Shown here piece after piece: positions 1 to 9,835 of a stretch of 64,000 nt of DNA. The stretch's first letter is position 1, and the number at the start of each line of letters is the position of its first letter. The notes under the pieces were generated by a model, which was not told the DNA's origin, did not search any database, and was given only the letters and a program-made list of their open reading frames with translations. This DNA comes from an uncultured Hellea sp. (lineage in GTDB: Bacteria; Pseudomonadota; Alphaproteobacteria; Caulobacterales; Maricaulaceae). The position numbers and the translations under genes were made by a program. The stretch spans positions 4,900-68,899 of the forward strand of contig CAJQGR010000008.1 of assembly GCA_905477785.1 (NCBI GenBank). The letters run 5' to 3'.

Positions 1-2
1 CA

Positions 3-293
3 GCTTTCGGTATACCTTTACCAAAAGATAGCGTAGTATTTGGAGAAATAAGCCTCTCTGGGGATGTAAGGCCAGTGGGGCGCACAGAGGCGAGATTGAA
101 AGAAGCATCAAAACTTGGATTTCAAACTGCAATTACATCGGCTATTACCAAGAAATTAGAAAAAAACCTTACTACAATAATGCCAATCATTACAATCAAA
201 GCTTTGCCTGATTTAATAAGACGTGTAGAGATAAGCGCAGAATGCGGCTTGGAAGACGATTCTGCTTGGGGAATGAATATAAAAGTCGCCTAA
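3..293 (+). CDS. radA: DNA repair protein RadA/Sms, C-terminal part (gene starts before the window)
   Basis: The frame is open from base 3 and reads AFGIPLPKDSVVFGEISLSGDVRPVGRTEARLKEASKLGF, the Lon-like C-terminal motif of RadA. It sits in the radA-cvpA-purF order. Confidence 0.88.
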   Translation, partial: AFGIPLPKDSVVFGEISLSGDVRPVGRTEARLKEASKLGFQTAITSAITKKLEKNLTTIMPIITIKALPDLIRRVEISAECGLEDDSAWGMNIKVA

Positions 294-309
294 ATGGTGG
301 ATATTTGTA

Positions 310-981
310 ATGAATATTGGAATTTGGCATTACAACAGCTTTGATATAGTTGTTTTATTAATTTTGTTAATATCAAGTTTAACTGCATTAAAGCGAGGTC
401 TTAAACATGAACTAGCATCTATCTTATCTCTACTAATAGCTGCTTTTATAACTTTTGTAATTTACGGAAGTTTTGGTTACACGGTTCAAGAATTTATTTC
501 TCCAACATGGCTAGCAAATACTGTTATTGGTATAGTTACTTTCTCTCTCACATATGCAGTTTTATTTTTTATTTTGAGAAAAATACTGAACTCTTTGGGA
601 GGAAAAGATGTTGGCATTATTGATAACGTTCTTGGTGCTGTTTTTGGCCTCATAAGAGGTTTCATCATAGCGTCTCTAGGTGTAATGTTGCTTACGTCTC
701 AATACCGGGCTTCACAAGATGCAAAAAACTTTAGGGACTTTATGAATAACAATCCTGAAACCATAACAGAGGAGATAATTAAAAAGATGCCAAGGTTTAT
801 GAGAGAACAACTGGATGCAAAAGAAATAAAATTACCAGCTATTTATAAGAATTCAAGTATTTACCCTCTACTAAATTTAATGAGTAATAAGATTCAAACC
901 TTGCCTTTTGCAAAAATCCGTTCATATGCTGAGCAATTAAAAGAAAGTAAAGTTGATGATTTATTTAAGGAAAATAAATAA
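310..981 (+). CDS. cvpA: CvpA (colicin V production) family membrane protein
   Basis: Hydrophobic helices, DIVVLLILLISSLTALKRG N-terminus, DNVLGAVFGLIRG motif; directly upstream of purF. Confidence 0.85.
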   Translation: MNIGIWHYNSFDIVVLLILLISSLTALKRGLKHELASILSLLIAAFITFVIYGSFGYTVQEFISPTWLANTVIGIVTFSLTYAVLFFILRKILNSLGGKDVGIIDNVLGAVFGLIRGFIIASLGVMLLTSQYRASQDAKNFRDFMNNNPETITEEIIKKMPRFMREQLDAKEIKLPAIYKNSSIYPLLNLMSNKIQTLPFAKIRSYAEQLKESKVDDLFKENK

Positions 982-2465
982 TGGTTAATTTTAGCGAATA
1001 CTCTCACTGCACTTTTGACCCTAATGAAGACAAGATAAAGGAAGAATGTGGTGTATTTGGGATCTTTGGAATAGATAATGCCGCCTCCATGACTGCGCTA
1101 GGGCTTCATGCCCTTCAGCACCGAGGTCAAGAGGCTTGCGGCATTGCTACAAGTGATGGAGACACTTTTCACACAGAAAGACATTTTGGTCTAGTTGGTG
1201 ACAATTTCACAGGCGATGACCCTTCAAGCCGTTTACCAGGGTTTATTTCCATTGGTCATAATCGCTATTCTACAGCCGGTGGTCAACGGACATTAAGAAA
1301 CGTTCAACCCCTCTATGCAGAATTTCATTCTGGAGGATTTGCATTGGCTCATAATGGGCATATCACAAATGCTTACACTATAAGAGACCAACTCAACGAA
1401 GCTGGCGCATTATTTCAAAGCACCTCCGATACAGAGGTTGTACTCCACCTGATTGCACGAGGTAAAAGTGGTGAATTCATTGACCGCTTTATTTCTGCAA
1501 TCCGACAGGTAGAAGGCGGCTACGCTTTTGTAGGCATGACTAAAAACACTCTTGTTGGCGCAAGAGACAGACTTGGAATACGTCCACTGTTAATAGGAAG
1601 GCTTGGTGATAGTTATGTACTGGCTTCTGAGACTGTTGCTCTAGATATGATATCAGCTGAATTTGTCAGAGAAGTTGAACCTGGTGAAGTTGTAGCAATT
1701 AACTCTGACGGAATCCGTTCTTTTAGGGCATTTCCAAAGAGCGAACCAAGGCCTTGTATATTTGAATTTGTTTATTTCGCTCGTCCAGACAGTGTGGTGA
1801 ACGGAAAAAGTGTTTATGAAGTTAGAAAGCGAATGGGTAAAAAGTTAGCAATGGAGGTTCCTGCAGATGTTGATGTAATAATCCCAGTACCTGATAGTGG
1901 CGTACCTGCTGCACTTGGCTTTTCTCAAGAAACAGGAATTCCATTCGAATTAGGCATAATTCGCAATCATTATGTTGGACGTACTTTCATACAACCTACT
2001 CAACAAATAAGAGATATGGGAGTACGTTTAAAACATTCAGCAAATAGAGCTATGATAGAAGGTAAACGCGTTTTACTTGTTGATGACTCAATCGTTAGAG
2101 GCACAACATCAACTAAAATTGTTAGGATGATCAAGGCAGCCGGAGCCAAAGAAGTACATTTTAGATCGGCCTCTCCACCAATTAAACATCCAGATCATTA
2201 CGGTATTGATATGCCAACAAAAGAAAAACTTATAGCAGCGAACTACTCGCTTGAGGCGATGACAGAAATGCTAGAAGTTGATAGTCTTGGTTTTCTTTCA
2301 GTTGAAGGCCTTTATTGGGCTATGGGAGAGAAATTTAGAGAACTTAATGCTCCTCAATATACAGACCATTGCTTTACAGGTGATTACCCAACACCCCTAA
2401 TTGATCGCGACCGGAAGCTATTAGATAAATCCAATCAACTTTCGTTTTTAGTTGAGGTTGCCTGA
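981..2465 (+). CDS. purF: Amidophosphoribosyltransferase
   Basis: EECGVFG propeptide/Cys1, LQHRGQE, HNRYST, PVPDSG, VLLVDDSIVRGTT PRPP-binding motif. Confidence 0.98.
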   Translation: MVNFSEYSHCTFDPNEDKIKEECGVFGIFGIDNAASMTALGLHALQHRGQEACGIATSDGDTFHTERHFGLVGDNFTGDDPSSRLPGFISIGHNRYSTAGGQRTLRNVQPLYAEFHSGGFALAHNGHITNAYTIRDQLNEAGALFQSTSDTEVVLHLIARGKSGEFIDRFISAIRQVEGGYAFVGMTKNTLVGARDRLGIRPLLIGRLGDSYVLASETVALDMISAEFVREVEPGEVVAINSDGIRSFRAFPKSEPRPCIFEFVYFARPDSVVNGKSVYEVRKRMGKKLAMEVPADVDVIIPVPDSGVPAALGFSQETGIPFELGIIRNHYVGRTFIQPTQQIRDMGVRLKHSANRAMIEGKRVLLVDDSIVRGTTSTKIVRMIKAAGAKEVHFRSASPPIKHPDHYGIDMPTKEKLIAANYSLEAMTEMLEVDSLGFLSVEGLYWAMGEKFRELNAPQYTDHCFTGDYPTPLIDRDRKLLDKSNQLSFLVEVA

Positions 2466-2469
2466 AAAA

Positions 2470-3201
2470 ATGAATAATCAGATGATGAAAGGTCGCGTTA
2501 CGCTTGTAACAGGAGCATCTCGTGGCATTGGTTATCAATCAGCAATAGCTCTCGCAAAAGCTGGGTCACATGTCATAGCAACCGCTCGAACGCAAGGTGG
2601 TTTAGAAGATCTTGATGATGCCATTAAATCTTTTGGAGGGGAATGCACACTTGTTCCCATGGATTTAAAAAACCTTGATGGTATAGACCAACTTGGAAAA
2701 GTTATAAATGACCGGTGGGGTAAACTTGATGGTTTATTAGCTAATGCTGGGACTTTAGGCGAAATAACTTTAGCATCGCATACAGTGCCTAAAAAGTGGA
2801 ATGAGGTTATAGCCGTAAATTTAACAGCAAATTATAGACTAATTCGTTCACTGGACACATTATTAAAAGCATCGAAAGCAGGAAGAGCTCTATTTCTAAC
2901 ATCAAGTGTTGCAAACAGTCATACAGCTTATTGGGGCGCATACGCCGCGTCAAAAGCAGCATTAGAAGCCTTTGTTTCATGCTACGCAAAAGAAATTGAA
3001 ATAACTAACTTGAAAGTTAACTTATTAAACCCAGGCGCAATGAGAACAGCTATGCGTGCAAAAGCTATGCCTGGAGAAAATCCAGAGGAGGTTCCAAACC
3101 CTTTATCGATAACGCCGTTAATATTAGAGATGCTTTCGGCATCCTACAGCGGAAATGATACATTAATTAACTTCAGAGAAACCAGCTATTATAAACATTA
3201 A
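2470..3201 (+). CDS. SDR family NAD(P)-dependent oxidoreductase (YciK-like)
   Basis: TGASRGIG, NAG and YAASK motifs. Start moved from the ORF-track TTG at 2452 to the ATG at 2470. Confidence 0.9.
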   Translation: MNNQMMKGRVTLVTGASRGIGYQSAIALAKAGSHVIATARTQGGLEDLDDAIKSFGGECTLVPMDLKNLDGIDQLGKVINDRWGKLDGLLANAGTLGEITLASHTVPKKWNEVIAVNLTANYRLIRSLDTLLKASKAGRALFLTSSVANSHTAYWGAYAASKAALEAFVSCYAKEIEITNLKVNLLNPGAMRTAMRAKAMPGENPEEVPNPLSITPLILEMLSASYSGNDTLINFRETSYYKH

Positions 3202-3216
3202 ATATTAATTATATTT

Positions 3217-3795
3217 CTACCAAGCAGATGTCTTTTTAACAGTTTTTAAAGAACTTATGTCATCAATATCAATTAGTTGCCTTAAATGAAAAACAGAACC
3301 TCCTATATTCGATAAAATATCATTAAGTGTGAATTTATTGGACCATCTCACATTATTAAAAATATCTTTTTTTACAGGCGCATTCATACCAATTAACCAG
3401 AAACCTCCGTCCTCAGCCGGACCAAAAACAGCATCATAAGATTTCAAAGCCTTAAATGCTGATGCTATATCTTTTTGGTTTAATTGCGGACAATCAGTTC
3501 CAATTACTACTATTGGGCCTTGTTTTAAAAAGATCTCATAAAGCTTATTGGATAAAGTACCTCTGGCTTGTAAAACTTGTTTCATGCCTCGCCATTCAAT
3601 TACTTTGCCTAGACTTTTTAAAGGTGTTCCAGAAATAATAACTTCCCATCTAGGGTCCTGTGTTCTTCTAATTACTTTTTTAATCATACTCTTATAGAGT
3701 CTATGCGTATGTACTTTACCAATATCAGCTGCCAATCTAGTTTTAGCTAATCCAAAAATTGGAGCACGGGACAAGATATAAACGCGTGGTTTCAT
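3217..3795 (-). CDS. DUF2064 / TIGR04282-like glycosyltransferase-fold protein
   Basis: KTRLAADIG, VVIGTDCP, AVFGPAEDGGFWLIG and LIDIDDISSL motifs; overlaps the next gene by 1 nt. Confidence 0.8.
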   Translation of the reverse strand: MKPRVYILSRAPIFGLAKTRLAADIGKVHTHRLYKSMIKKVIRRTQDPRWEVIISGTPLKSLGKVIEWRGMKQVLQARGTLSNKLYEIFLKQGPIVVIGTDCPQLNQKDIASAFKALKSYDAVFGPAEDGGFWLIGMNAPVKKDIFNNVRWSNKFTLNDILSNIGGSVFHLRQLIDIDDISSLKTVKKTSAW

Positions 3796-4469
3796 TAATA
3801 AGTACGATATATTTCGTATAGTTTTTTTACTGAAATACCCCTTTTATAAGCCAAAAGAAGTTTCAAGTTTTTAAAACCTCTCTTAAAAATACCTTCCCTT
3901 TCATGCTTTGTAATATCAACAAGTATATGCCCATGCATAGATCTCAGAGCCTTCCTACCAAATCGCCTCTTTATAGCTTCAATTAATGCAACATCTTCAA
4001 ATAACATCTGAGGGAGGTACCCACCACAATCATTGTACATAGTTTTTGATATTAGCAACCCTTGATCACCATAAGGCAAACCCAATAGCAAACATCTGGT
4101 GGCTACTAGTATATCCATAAATCTAGCTGAAAAACGTTTCGATTTGGCTTTAAACTTTAAATAGCCGGCAGATTTTGGGTGTCTTGTTATGTGTTGAATA
4201 ATAATATTTTTTATATCGTCAGGGAGTTGATTATCTGCATGTGTAAAAAAATACCACTTTGCATTACAACAATATTTTGCTCCCAATGCCAACTGGTTCC
4301 CCCTACCCTTTGCTCCTATGGCAACAATTGCATTTTTAGCGGCATACTCCATTGTTCCGTCTGTTGAGCCTCCATCAGCTATTACAACACGGCTAAAAGA
4401 TTTTAACTGCGGCAACAAAGATGATAATTGTTCAATACAATTTAAAGTTGGTATAACTACGCAAATCAT
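3795..4469 (-). CDS. GT2 glycosyltransferase, TIGR04283-like
   Basis: VVIPTLN, ADGGSTDGT, GRGNQLALGA, FTHAD, YGDQGL and FEDV motifs. Confidence 0.82.
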   Translation of the reverse strand: MICVVIPTLNCIEQLSSLLPQLKSFSRVVIADGGSTDGTMEYAAKNAIVAIGAKGRGNQLALGAKYCCNAKWYFFTHADNQLPDDIKNIIIQHITRHPKSAGYLKFKAKSKRFSARFMDILVATRCLLLGLPYGDQGLLISKTMYNDCGGYLPQMLFEDVALIEAIKRRFGRKALRSMHGHILVDITKHEREGIFKRGFKNLKLLLAYKRGISVKKLYEIYRTY

Positions 4470-4529
4470 ATTTACTTATTTGCCTCTTATGACTTTAGTG
4501 GCAATAGATAAAAAAATAATTCAAACTAA

Positions 4530-5156
4530 TTGAACTTAACTATGCATAAATTAAAAAAACAAGTTCCAGATTTTTTATTTGAATCCGCATATAAAGGGCT
4601 TGTCTGTGGAGTGGATGAGGCTGGCCGTGGTCCGCTTGCTGGACCAGTGGTTGCTGCAGCCGTTATATTAAATCCATTTAATTACCCCGATGGGTTAAAT
4701 GATAGTAAAGTTTTAAATACGAGTAAACGAGAAAGTTTATTTATAGATATTCAACAAACTGCTAAAATTGGAATTGGTATTTCAGAACCTGAAGAGATAG
4801 ATAGAGTAAATATTCTTAATGCTAGTTTATCAGCCATGTATAAAGCTGTATCATCTCTTACAGTTTTACCTGATGTAGCGCTTATAGATGGTAACAGATC
4901 ACCGAATTTTCCTTTTAAAACTGAGTGTATAATAAAAGGTGATAGTTTGAGTTTATCAATTGCTGCCGCATCAATTATAGCTAAAGTAACAAGAGATAAA
5001 TTAATGCTAGAAGCAGAAAATAGATTTCCTGGCTATAGCTTTGGCACACACAAAGGTTATCCGACAAAAGTACATTTACAAAAACTTGAGCTTCTAGGCT
5101 CATCACCCATTCACAGGAAAAGCTTCAAACCTGTTAGGTTAAATCCATTGCAATAA
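4530..5156 (+). CDS. rnhB: Ribonuclease HII
   Basis: GVDEAGRGPLAGPV, LNDSK, IDGN, KGD...SIAAASIIAKVTRD, HKGYPT, HRKSF. True start may be the ATG at 4542. Confidence 0.97.
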   Translation: MNLTMHKLKKQVPDFLFESAYKGLVCGVDEAGRGPLAGPVVAAAVILNPFNYPDGLNDSKVLNTSKRESLFIDIQQTAKIGIGISEPEEIDRVNILNASLSAMYKAVSSLTVLPDVALIDGNRSPNFPFKTECIIKGDSLSLSIAAASIIAKVTRDKLMLEAENRFPGYSFGTHKGYPTKVHLQKLELLGSSPIHRKSFKPVRLNPLQ

Positions 5157-5191
5157 CTTGCATTAGGAATTTTTAGGACTATTTTAGTTAA

Positions 5192-7318
5192 ATGTCAGAA
5201 TCCTTATTAAGTCAGAAAATCAACGGATCAAATGAGTGGCAACCTCACCGACCAGAAAGACCCGTAAAATCGGAAGGTGGTAAGAAGTTCAGATTAGTAA
5301 GTGATTTCAAACCAGCAGGAGACCAACCTGCGGCAATTGAAGAACTCTGCCAGGGACTTAATCAATTAAATAGGGATCAGGTATTACTTGGCGTAACAGG
5401 ATCAGGAAAAACATTTACAATGGCCAAGATAATAGAGAAACAACAACGACCAGCTTTAATTATGGCGCCTAATAAAACTCTCGCAGCTCAACTCTATTCT
5501 GAATTTAAAAGCTTTTTTCCAGATAATGCTGTCGAATACTTTGTATCTTATTATGATTACTATCAACCCGAAGCTTATGTACCAAGAACGGATACATTCA
5601 TTGAGAAAGATAGTTCGCTCAATGAGCAAATTGATAGAATGAGGCACGCGGCTACAAGGGCCATACTTGAAAGGGATGACTGTATAATTATCGCATCTGT
5701 ATCCTGCATTTATGGTATCGGTTCTGTTGAAACATATACAGAAATGACCATCGACATTGCAAATGGTCAAGAAATTAACCCCAGAGACTTCATCATGCAG
5801 CTAGTTCAATTGCAATATGAAAGGAATGATTTGGCGTTTCAAAGAGGTTCCTTTCGTGTCCGAGGTGATACAATTGAATTATTTCCTGCTCATTATGACG
5901 ATACTGCTTGGAGGTTTGATTTTTTTGGTGATGAAATCGATTCTATTACTGTCTTTGATCCATTAACGGGTAGAAGCAGTAAAAAAATAGAAAATGTTAG
6001 AATTTATGCAAACTCTCATTACGTGACCCCAAGGCCTACAGTACAGTCAGCAATGAAGGGAATTAAAAATGAATTAAAAAATCGCTTGGAATATTACAAC
6101 ACTAACAAAAAATTACTTGAAGCACAAAGAATAGCACAAAGAACTGAATTTGATTTGGAAATGATAGCAGCACAAGGGTTTTGTACGGGTATCGAAAATT
6201 ATTCTAGATACCTAACTGGACGAAACCCTGGCGAACCACCTCCTACTTTATTTGAATACTTACCAGAAAACGCTATTCTTTTTACAGATGAAAGTCATGT
6301 AACTGTTCCGCAAATAGGGGCAATGAGCAAAGGTGATTTTAGTCGAAAATCGACACTCTCTGAACATGGCTTTCGATTGCCAAGCTGTGTGGATAATAGA
6401 CCTCTAAAATTTGAAGAATGGGAGGCTATGCGCCCACAAACCGTGCACGTATCTGCAACACCAGGAAAATGGGAAATGCTACAAACTCAAGGAATATTTA
6501 CTGAACAGGTAATACGTCCTACAGGATTAATTGATCCTCCAGTTGAAATCAGACCCGTATCAACTAACGGGGCAAGTCAAGTAGATGATGTTATTCATGA
6601 AGTCAAAGTGGTTTCAGGTAAGGGGTTTAGATCTTTAATAACGACATTAACAAAAAAAATGGCAGAAGATCTCACTGACTACATGCATGATCAAGGGATT
6701 CGTGTTCGCTATATGCACAGTGATGTTGATACACTTGAACGAATAGAAATAATAAGAGACTTGCGTCTTGGAAAATTTGATGTTTTGATTGGCATTAACT
6801 TACTTAGAGAGGGCTTGGATATACCCGAATGTGCATTTGTTGGTATTTTAGATGCAGACAAGGAAGGCTTTCTCAGAAGCGAAACATCATTAGTTCAAAC
6901 CATTGGTAGGGCAGCTAGAAATAGTGAAGCCAAGGTGGTGCTTTATGGCGATCGCGTTACAGGTTCAATGCAAAGGGCCATAGATGAAACGGACAGACGC
7001 CGAGCCAGGCAAGTCAAGCATAATGAGTTAAATAATATTACGCCTAAAACGGTGCTTCGAGGAGTGGCTGATACAGTTGGGGATAGTCAGGATGCACAGA
7101 AAATCAAGGATGAAGCAAATCGCTTTACTCCAACAGGGCAAATTAAAAAGAAATACATAAAAGATTTCGATAATTTTTCTGATTTCAAGGGAGGCAATAA
7201 TATTATTGCTGTAATGGCTGATATTGAAAAGCAAATGTTCAAAGCCGCAGAAAATTTAGAGTTTGAAAAAGCTGCAAAATTAAGGGATGAGCTAGAGAAG
7301 CTCAGAATTGATACTTAA
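5192..7318 (+). CDS. uvrB: Excinuclease ABC subunit B
   Basis: LGVTGSGKT Walker [11 protein letters not shown] beta-hairpin, DESH, GRAARN, C-terminal UVR coiled coil. Confidence 0.98.
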   Translation: MSESLLSQKINGSNEWQPHRPERPVKSEGGKKFRLVSDFKPAGDQPAAIEELCQGLNQLNRDQVLLGVTGSGKTFTMAKIIEKQQRPALIMAPNKTLAAQLYSEFKSFFPDNAVEYFVSYYDYYQPEAYVPRTDTFIEKDSSLNEQIDRMRHAATRAILERDDCIIIASVSCIYGIGSVETYTEMTIDIANGQEINPRDFIMQLVQLQYERNDLAFQRGSFRVRGDTIELFPAHYDDTAWRFDFFGDEIDSITVFDPLTGRSSKKIENVRIYANSHYVTPRPTVQSAMKGIKNELKNRLEYYNTNKKLLEAQRIAQRTEFDLEMIAAQGFCTGIENYSRYLTGRNPGEPPPTLFEYLPENAILFTDESHVTVPQIGAMSKGDFSRKSTLSEHGFRLPSCVDNRPLKFEEWEAMRPQTVHVSATPGKWEMLQTQGIFTEQVIRPTGLIDPPVEIRPVSTNGASQVDDVIHEVKVVSGKGFRSLITTLTKKMAEDLTDYMHDQGIRVRYMHSDVDTLERIEIIRDLRLGKFDVLIGINLLREGLDIPECAFVGILDADKEGFLRSETSLVQTIGRAARNSEAKVVLYGDRVTGSMQRAIDETDRRRARQVKHNELNNITPKTVLRGVADTVGDSQDAQKIKDEANRFTPTGQIKKKYIKDFDNFSDFKGGNNIIAVMADIEKQMFKAAENLEFEKAAKLRDELEKLRIDT

Positions 7319-7338
7319 AAAATATATGCATAAATATT

Positions 7339-8097
7339 CTATCTTTTAATTAAGCCAATATCAGTATTACAAAGCTTATCCCAGAAACGGAAATACAGTC
7401 CATAATTACCTTTGAAATTAGTATGATGAAGATTATGATGACTAGCAGTAATAATATTTTTGCCCCACGAACCTTCAATCCATTTTTGAGGGTATATTTC
7501 CCATCCAGCATGGTTAAAAATAGCATTTACTGTCATAATCATCAGTAAAGCAAATGCTGCATATATATGGATTGGCACTAAAAGTGCCAGAACAGGTAAA
7601 AGCCAAGCAGCACTAAAAGCCTCCAACGGATCAAAAGAAAAACTAGCCCATGGTGTCGGTTGAATAGATTTATGATGCCCAGAATGCATCCATTTAAAAA
7701 GAGTTTTTTTATGCATCAACCTGTGTGTCCAATAGAACCATGCATCTTGAACGAATAGGTATATAAACATACTTAAAATAACCCAAAACCAACCATTCAT
7801 GCCTTCAGGTACTCCAGAATAGATTGCAGTACCGCCATATTTCCACATCTCCAAAACCACAGCAGTTGGTGCAGCATATATAAAAGAGCTAATTAAAGAG
7901 AGTTTGATCTCATGTTTTATAGTTTTAGGGTTAGGGGGAGACTTTGATAATTTAAAAGCATTTTTAAAATAAAATTTACTGTTCCACAGCATCCAATGCA
8001 AAGGGCCAACAATTAAAAAATACCTCAACTGAATGATAAAAGTTAAGGCTATATAAGTAATTAGTAACTGATGTGGCGCTTCTAACAAGGTCTCCAT
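7339..8097 (-). CDS. Sterol desaturase / fatty acid hydroxylase family membrane di-iron enzyme
   Basis: His boxes YWTHRLMH, HSGHH and HHNLHH; NYGLYFRFWDKL tail. Confidence 0.9.
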   Translation of the reverse strand: METLLEAPHQLLITYIALTFIIQLRYFLIVGPLHWMLWNSKFYFKNAFKLSKSPPNPKTIKHEIKLSLISSFIYAAPTAVVLEMWKYGGTAIYSGVPEGMNGWFWVILSMFIYLFVQDAWFYWTHRLMHKKTLFKWMHSGHHKSIQPTPWASFSFDPLEAFSAAWLLPVLALLVPIHIYAAFALLMIMTVNAIFNHAGWEIYPQKWIEGSWGKNIITASHHNLHHTNFKGNYGLYFRFWDKLCNTDIGLIKR

Positions 8098-8241
8098 AGA
8101 TAGAATATAATTTAGTTAAGTGTATTATGTAAACATCCTTTTCACTTTATATAAAGTCTAGTTATTATCTAATATAATTAATAGAAAAATTTGGATAATT
8201 TAAAGTTTGACGGTATCAATCTAAAGAGCTTAAATTAATCT

Positions 8242-9729
8242 ATGGAAAATATTATAATCGCTATAGACCAAGGTACAACAAGTTCACGTACATTAGTATT
8301 TTCATTAACAGGTGAAACTTTATTTGTAGCACAAGAAGAGTTTCCTCAGCTTTATCCTAAAGATGGCTGGGTTGAACATAATCCGGAAGATATTTGGAAT
8401 AGCACATTAAACACCTTAAAGTTAGCTTATGAGTTTATCAAAGAAAATACATATGGGATTACCGGCTTAGGCATTACCAACCAACGTGAAACAACAATCC
8501 TGTGGGATAAACTTACAGGAGAGCCGATATATAATGCAATTGTTTGGCAAGATCGTAGGACTGCCAAAATCTGTGAAGAAATCAAGCTTAATTATTCTGA
8601 CAATGAGTTGAACTCAAAAACAGGTCTCCTTATTGACCCTTACTTTAGTAGTACTAAAATTTCTTGGATATTAGATAATGTCAAAGGAGCAAGAGAAAAG
8701 GCAGTTAAAGGAGAACTTGCCTTTGGAACCATTGATACTTTTTTAATATGGCGCCTTACTAAAGGTAAATCTCACTATACTGATGCCACTAATGCAAGCC
8801 GAACAAATCTATTTAATATTCATAATCAAACATGGGATAAAGACTTACTCAAATTATTCAAAGTGCCTGTAAATGTTTTACCTACAGTAAAAAACTCAGC
8901 AGATAATTTTGGACATATAGATTTTTCGATTTTAGGAGAAAGCATTCCAATATTTAGTGCTATTGGCGATCAGCAGGCAGCAGCTGTCGGTCAAAATTGT
9001 TTTGTTAAGGGGGATATAAAAAGCACATATGGGACTGGTTGTTTTGTAATTCTTAATACGGGAGAAGAATGTGTTAAATCTAAAAATAATCTCATCTCAA
9101 CAATATGTTACAGACTAAATGGGAAAGTGACTTATGCCCTAGAAGGATCAATATTTATCGCAGGGGCAGCTGTGCAGTGGCTAAGAGATGGAATTAAGAT
9201 CATCAAAACGGCATCAGATGTAGAGCCGCTTTGCGGCAAGCATAATACAAATAGGGGTGTCTACCTTGTTCCTGCCTTTACTGGACTAGGCGCTCCTCAC
9301 TGGGACCCTAATGCACGCGGTGCCTTGTTTGGTATTACAAGAGATACAGGAAGGGAGGATATAGCGAGAGCAGCAATTGAATCAACATGCTATCAAACAT
9401 ATGACTTGATAAAAGCAATGTCAGATGACGGTATAGCATCGAATTCTATGCGAGTTGATGGAGGTATGGTGGAAAACCAATGGATGGTTCAATTCCTATC
9501 AGACATACTTGACATTCCCATAGAATGCCCATCTTCAAAAGAAACAACAGCATTAGGGGCTGCTTATTTAGTAGGGTTGCAAGCTGGTATTTATAAATCA
9601 TTAGATGATATAAAAAAACATATTAGAATAAATAGACATTATTCCCCAAAAATGGGCAATGAAGAAAGAACAAAACTCCTCAACGGATGGGTAAATGCTG
9701 TAAAAAGAGTATTATCAAATTACCCTTGA
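8242..9729 (+). CDS. glpK: Glycerol kinase
   Basis: AIDQGTTSSR, ITNQRETT, VWQDRRT, TDATNASRT, GDQQAA, KSTYGTG, DGG motifs. Confidence 0.97.
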   Translation: MENIIIAIDQGTTSSRTLVFSLTGETLFVAQEEFPQLYPKDGWVEHNPEDIWNSTLNTLKLAYEFIKENTYGITGLGITNQRETTILWDKLTGEPIYNAIVWQDRRTAKICEEIKLNYSDNELNSKTGLLIDPYFSSTKISWILDNVKGAREKAVKGELAFGTIDTFLIWRLTKGKSHYTDATNASRTNLFNIHNQTWDKDLLKLFKVPVNVLPTVKNSADNFGHIDFSILGESIPIFSAIGDQQAAAVGQNCFVKGDIKSTYGTGCFVILNTGEECVKSKNNLISTICYRLNGKVTYALEGSIFIAGAAVQWLRDGIKIIKTASDVEPLCGKHNTNRGVYLVPAFTGLGAPHWDPNARGALFGITRDTGREDIARAAIESTCYQTYDLIKAMSDDGIASNSMRVDGGMVENQWMVQFLSDILDIPIECPSSKETTALGAAYLVGLQAGIYKSLDDIKKHIRINRHYSPKMGNEERTKLLNGWVNAVKRVLSNYP

Positions 9730-9835
9730 ATGATAGAAAGACAAAATATCGCAAAAAATAGTCAGTCATTTAATATGAATCTAAAAAAGAATATGATAAA
9801 GAAATGTTCAATCAAACGAAATAGAACAACATTAC

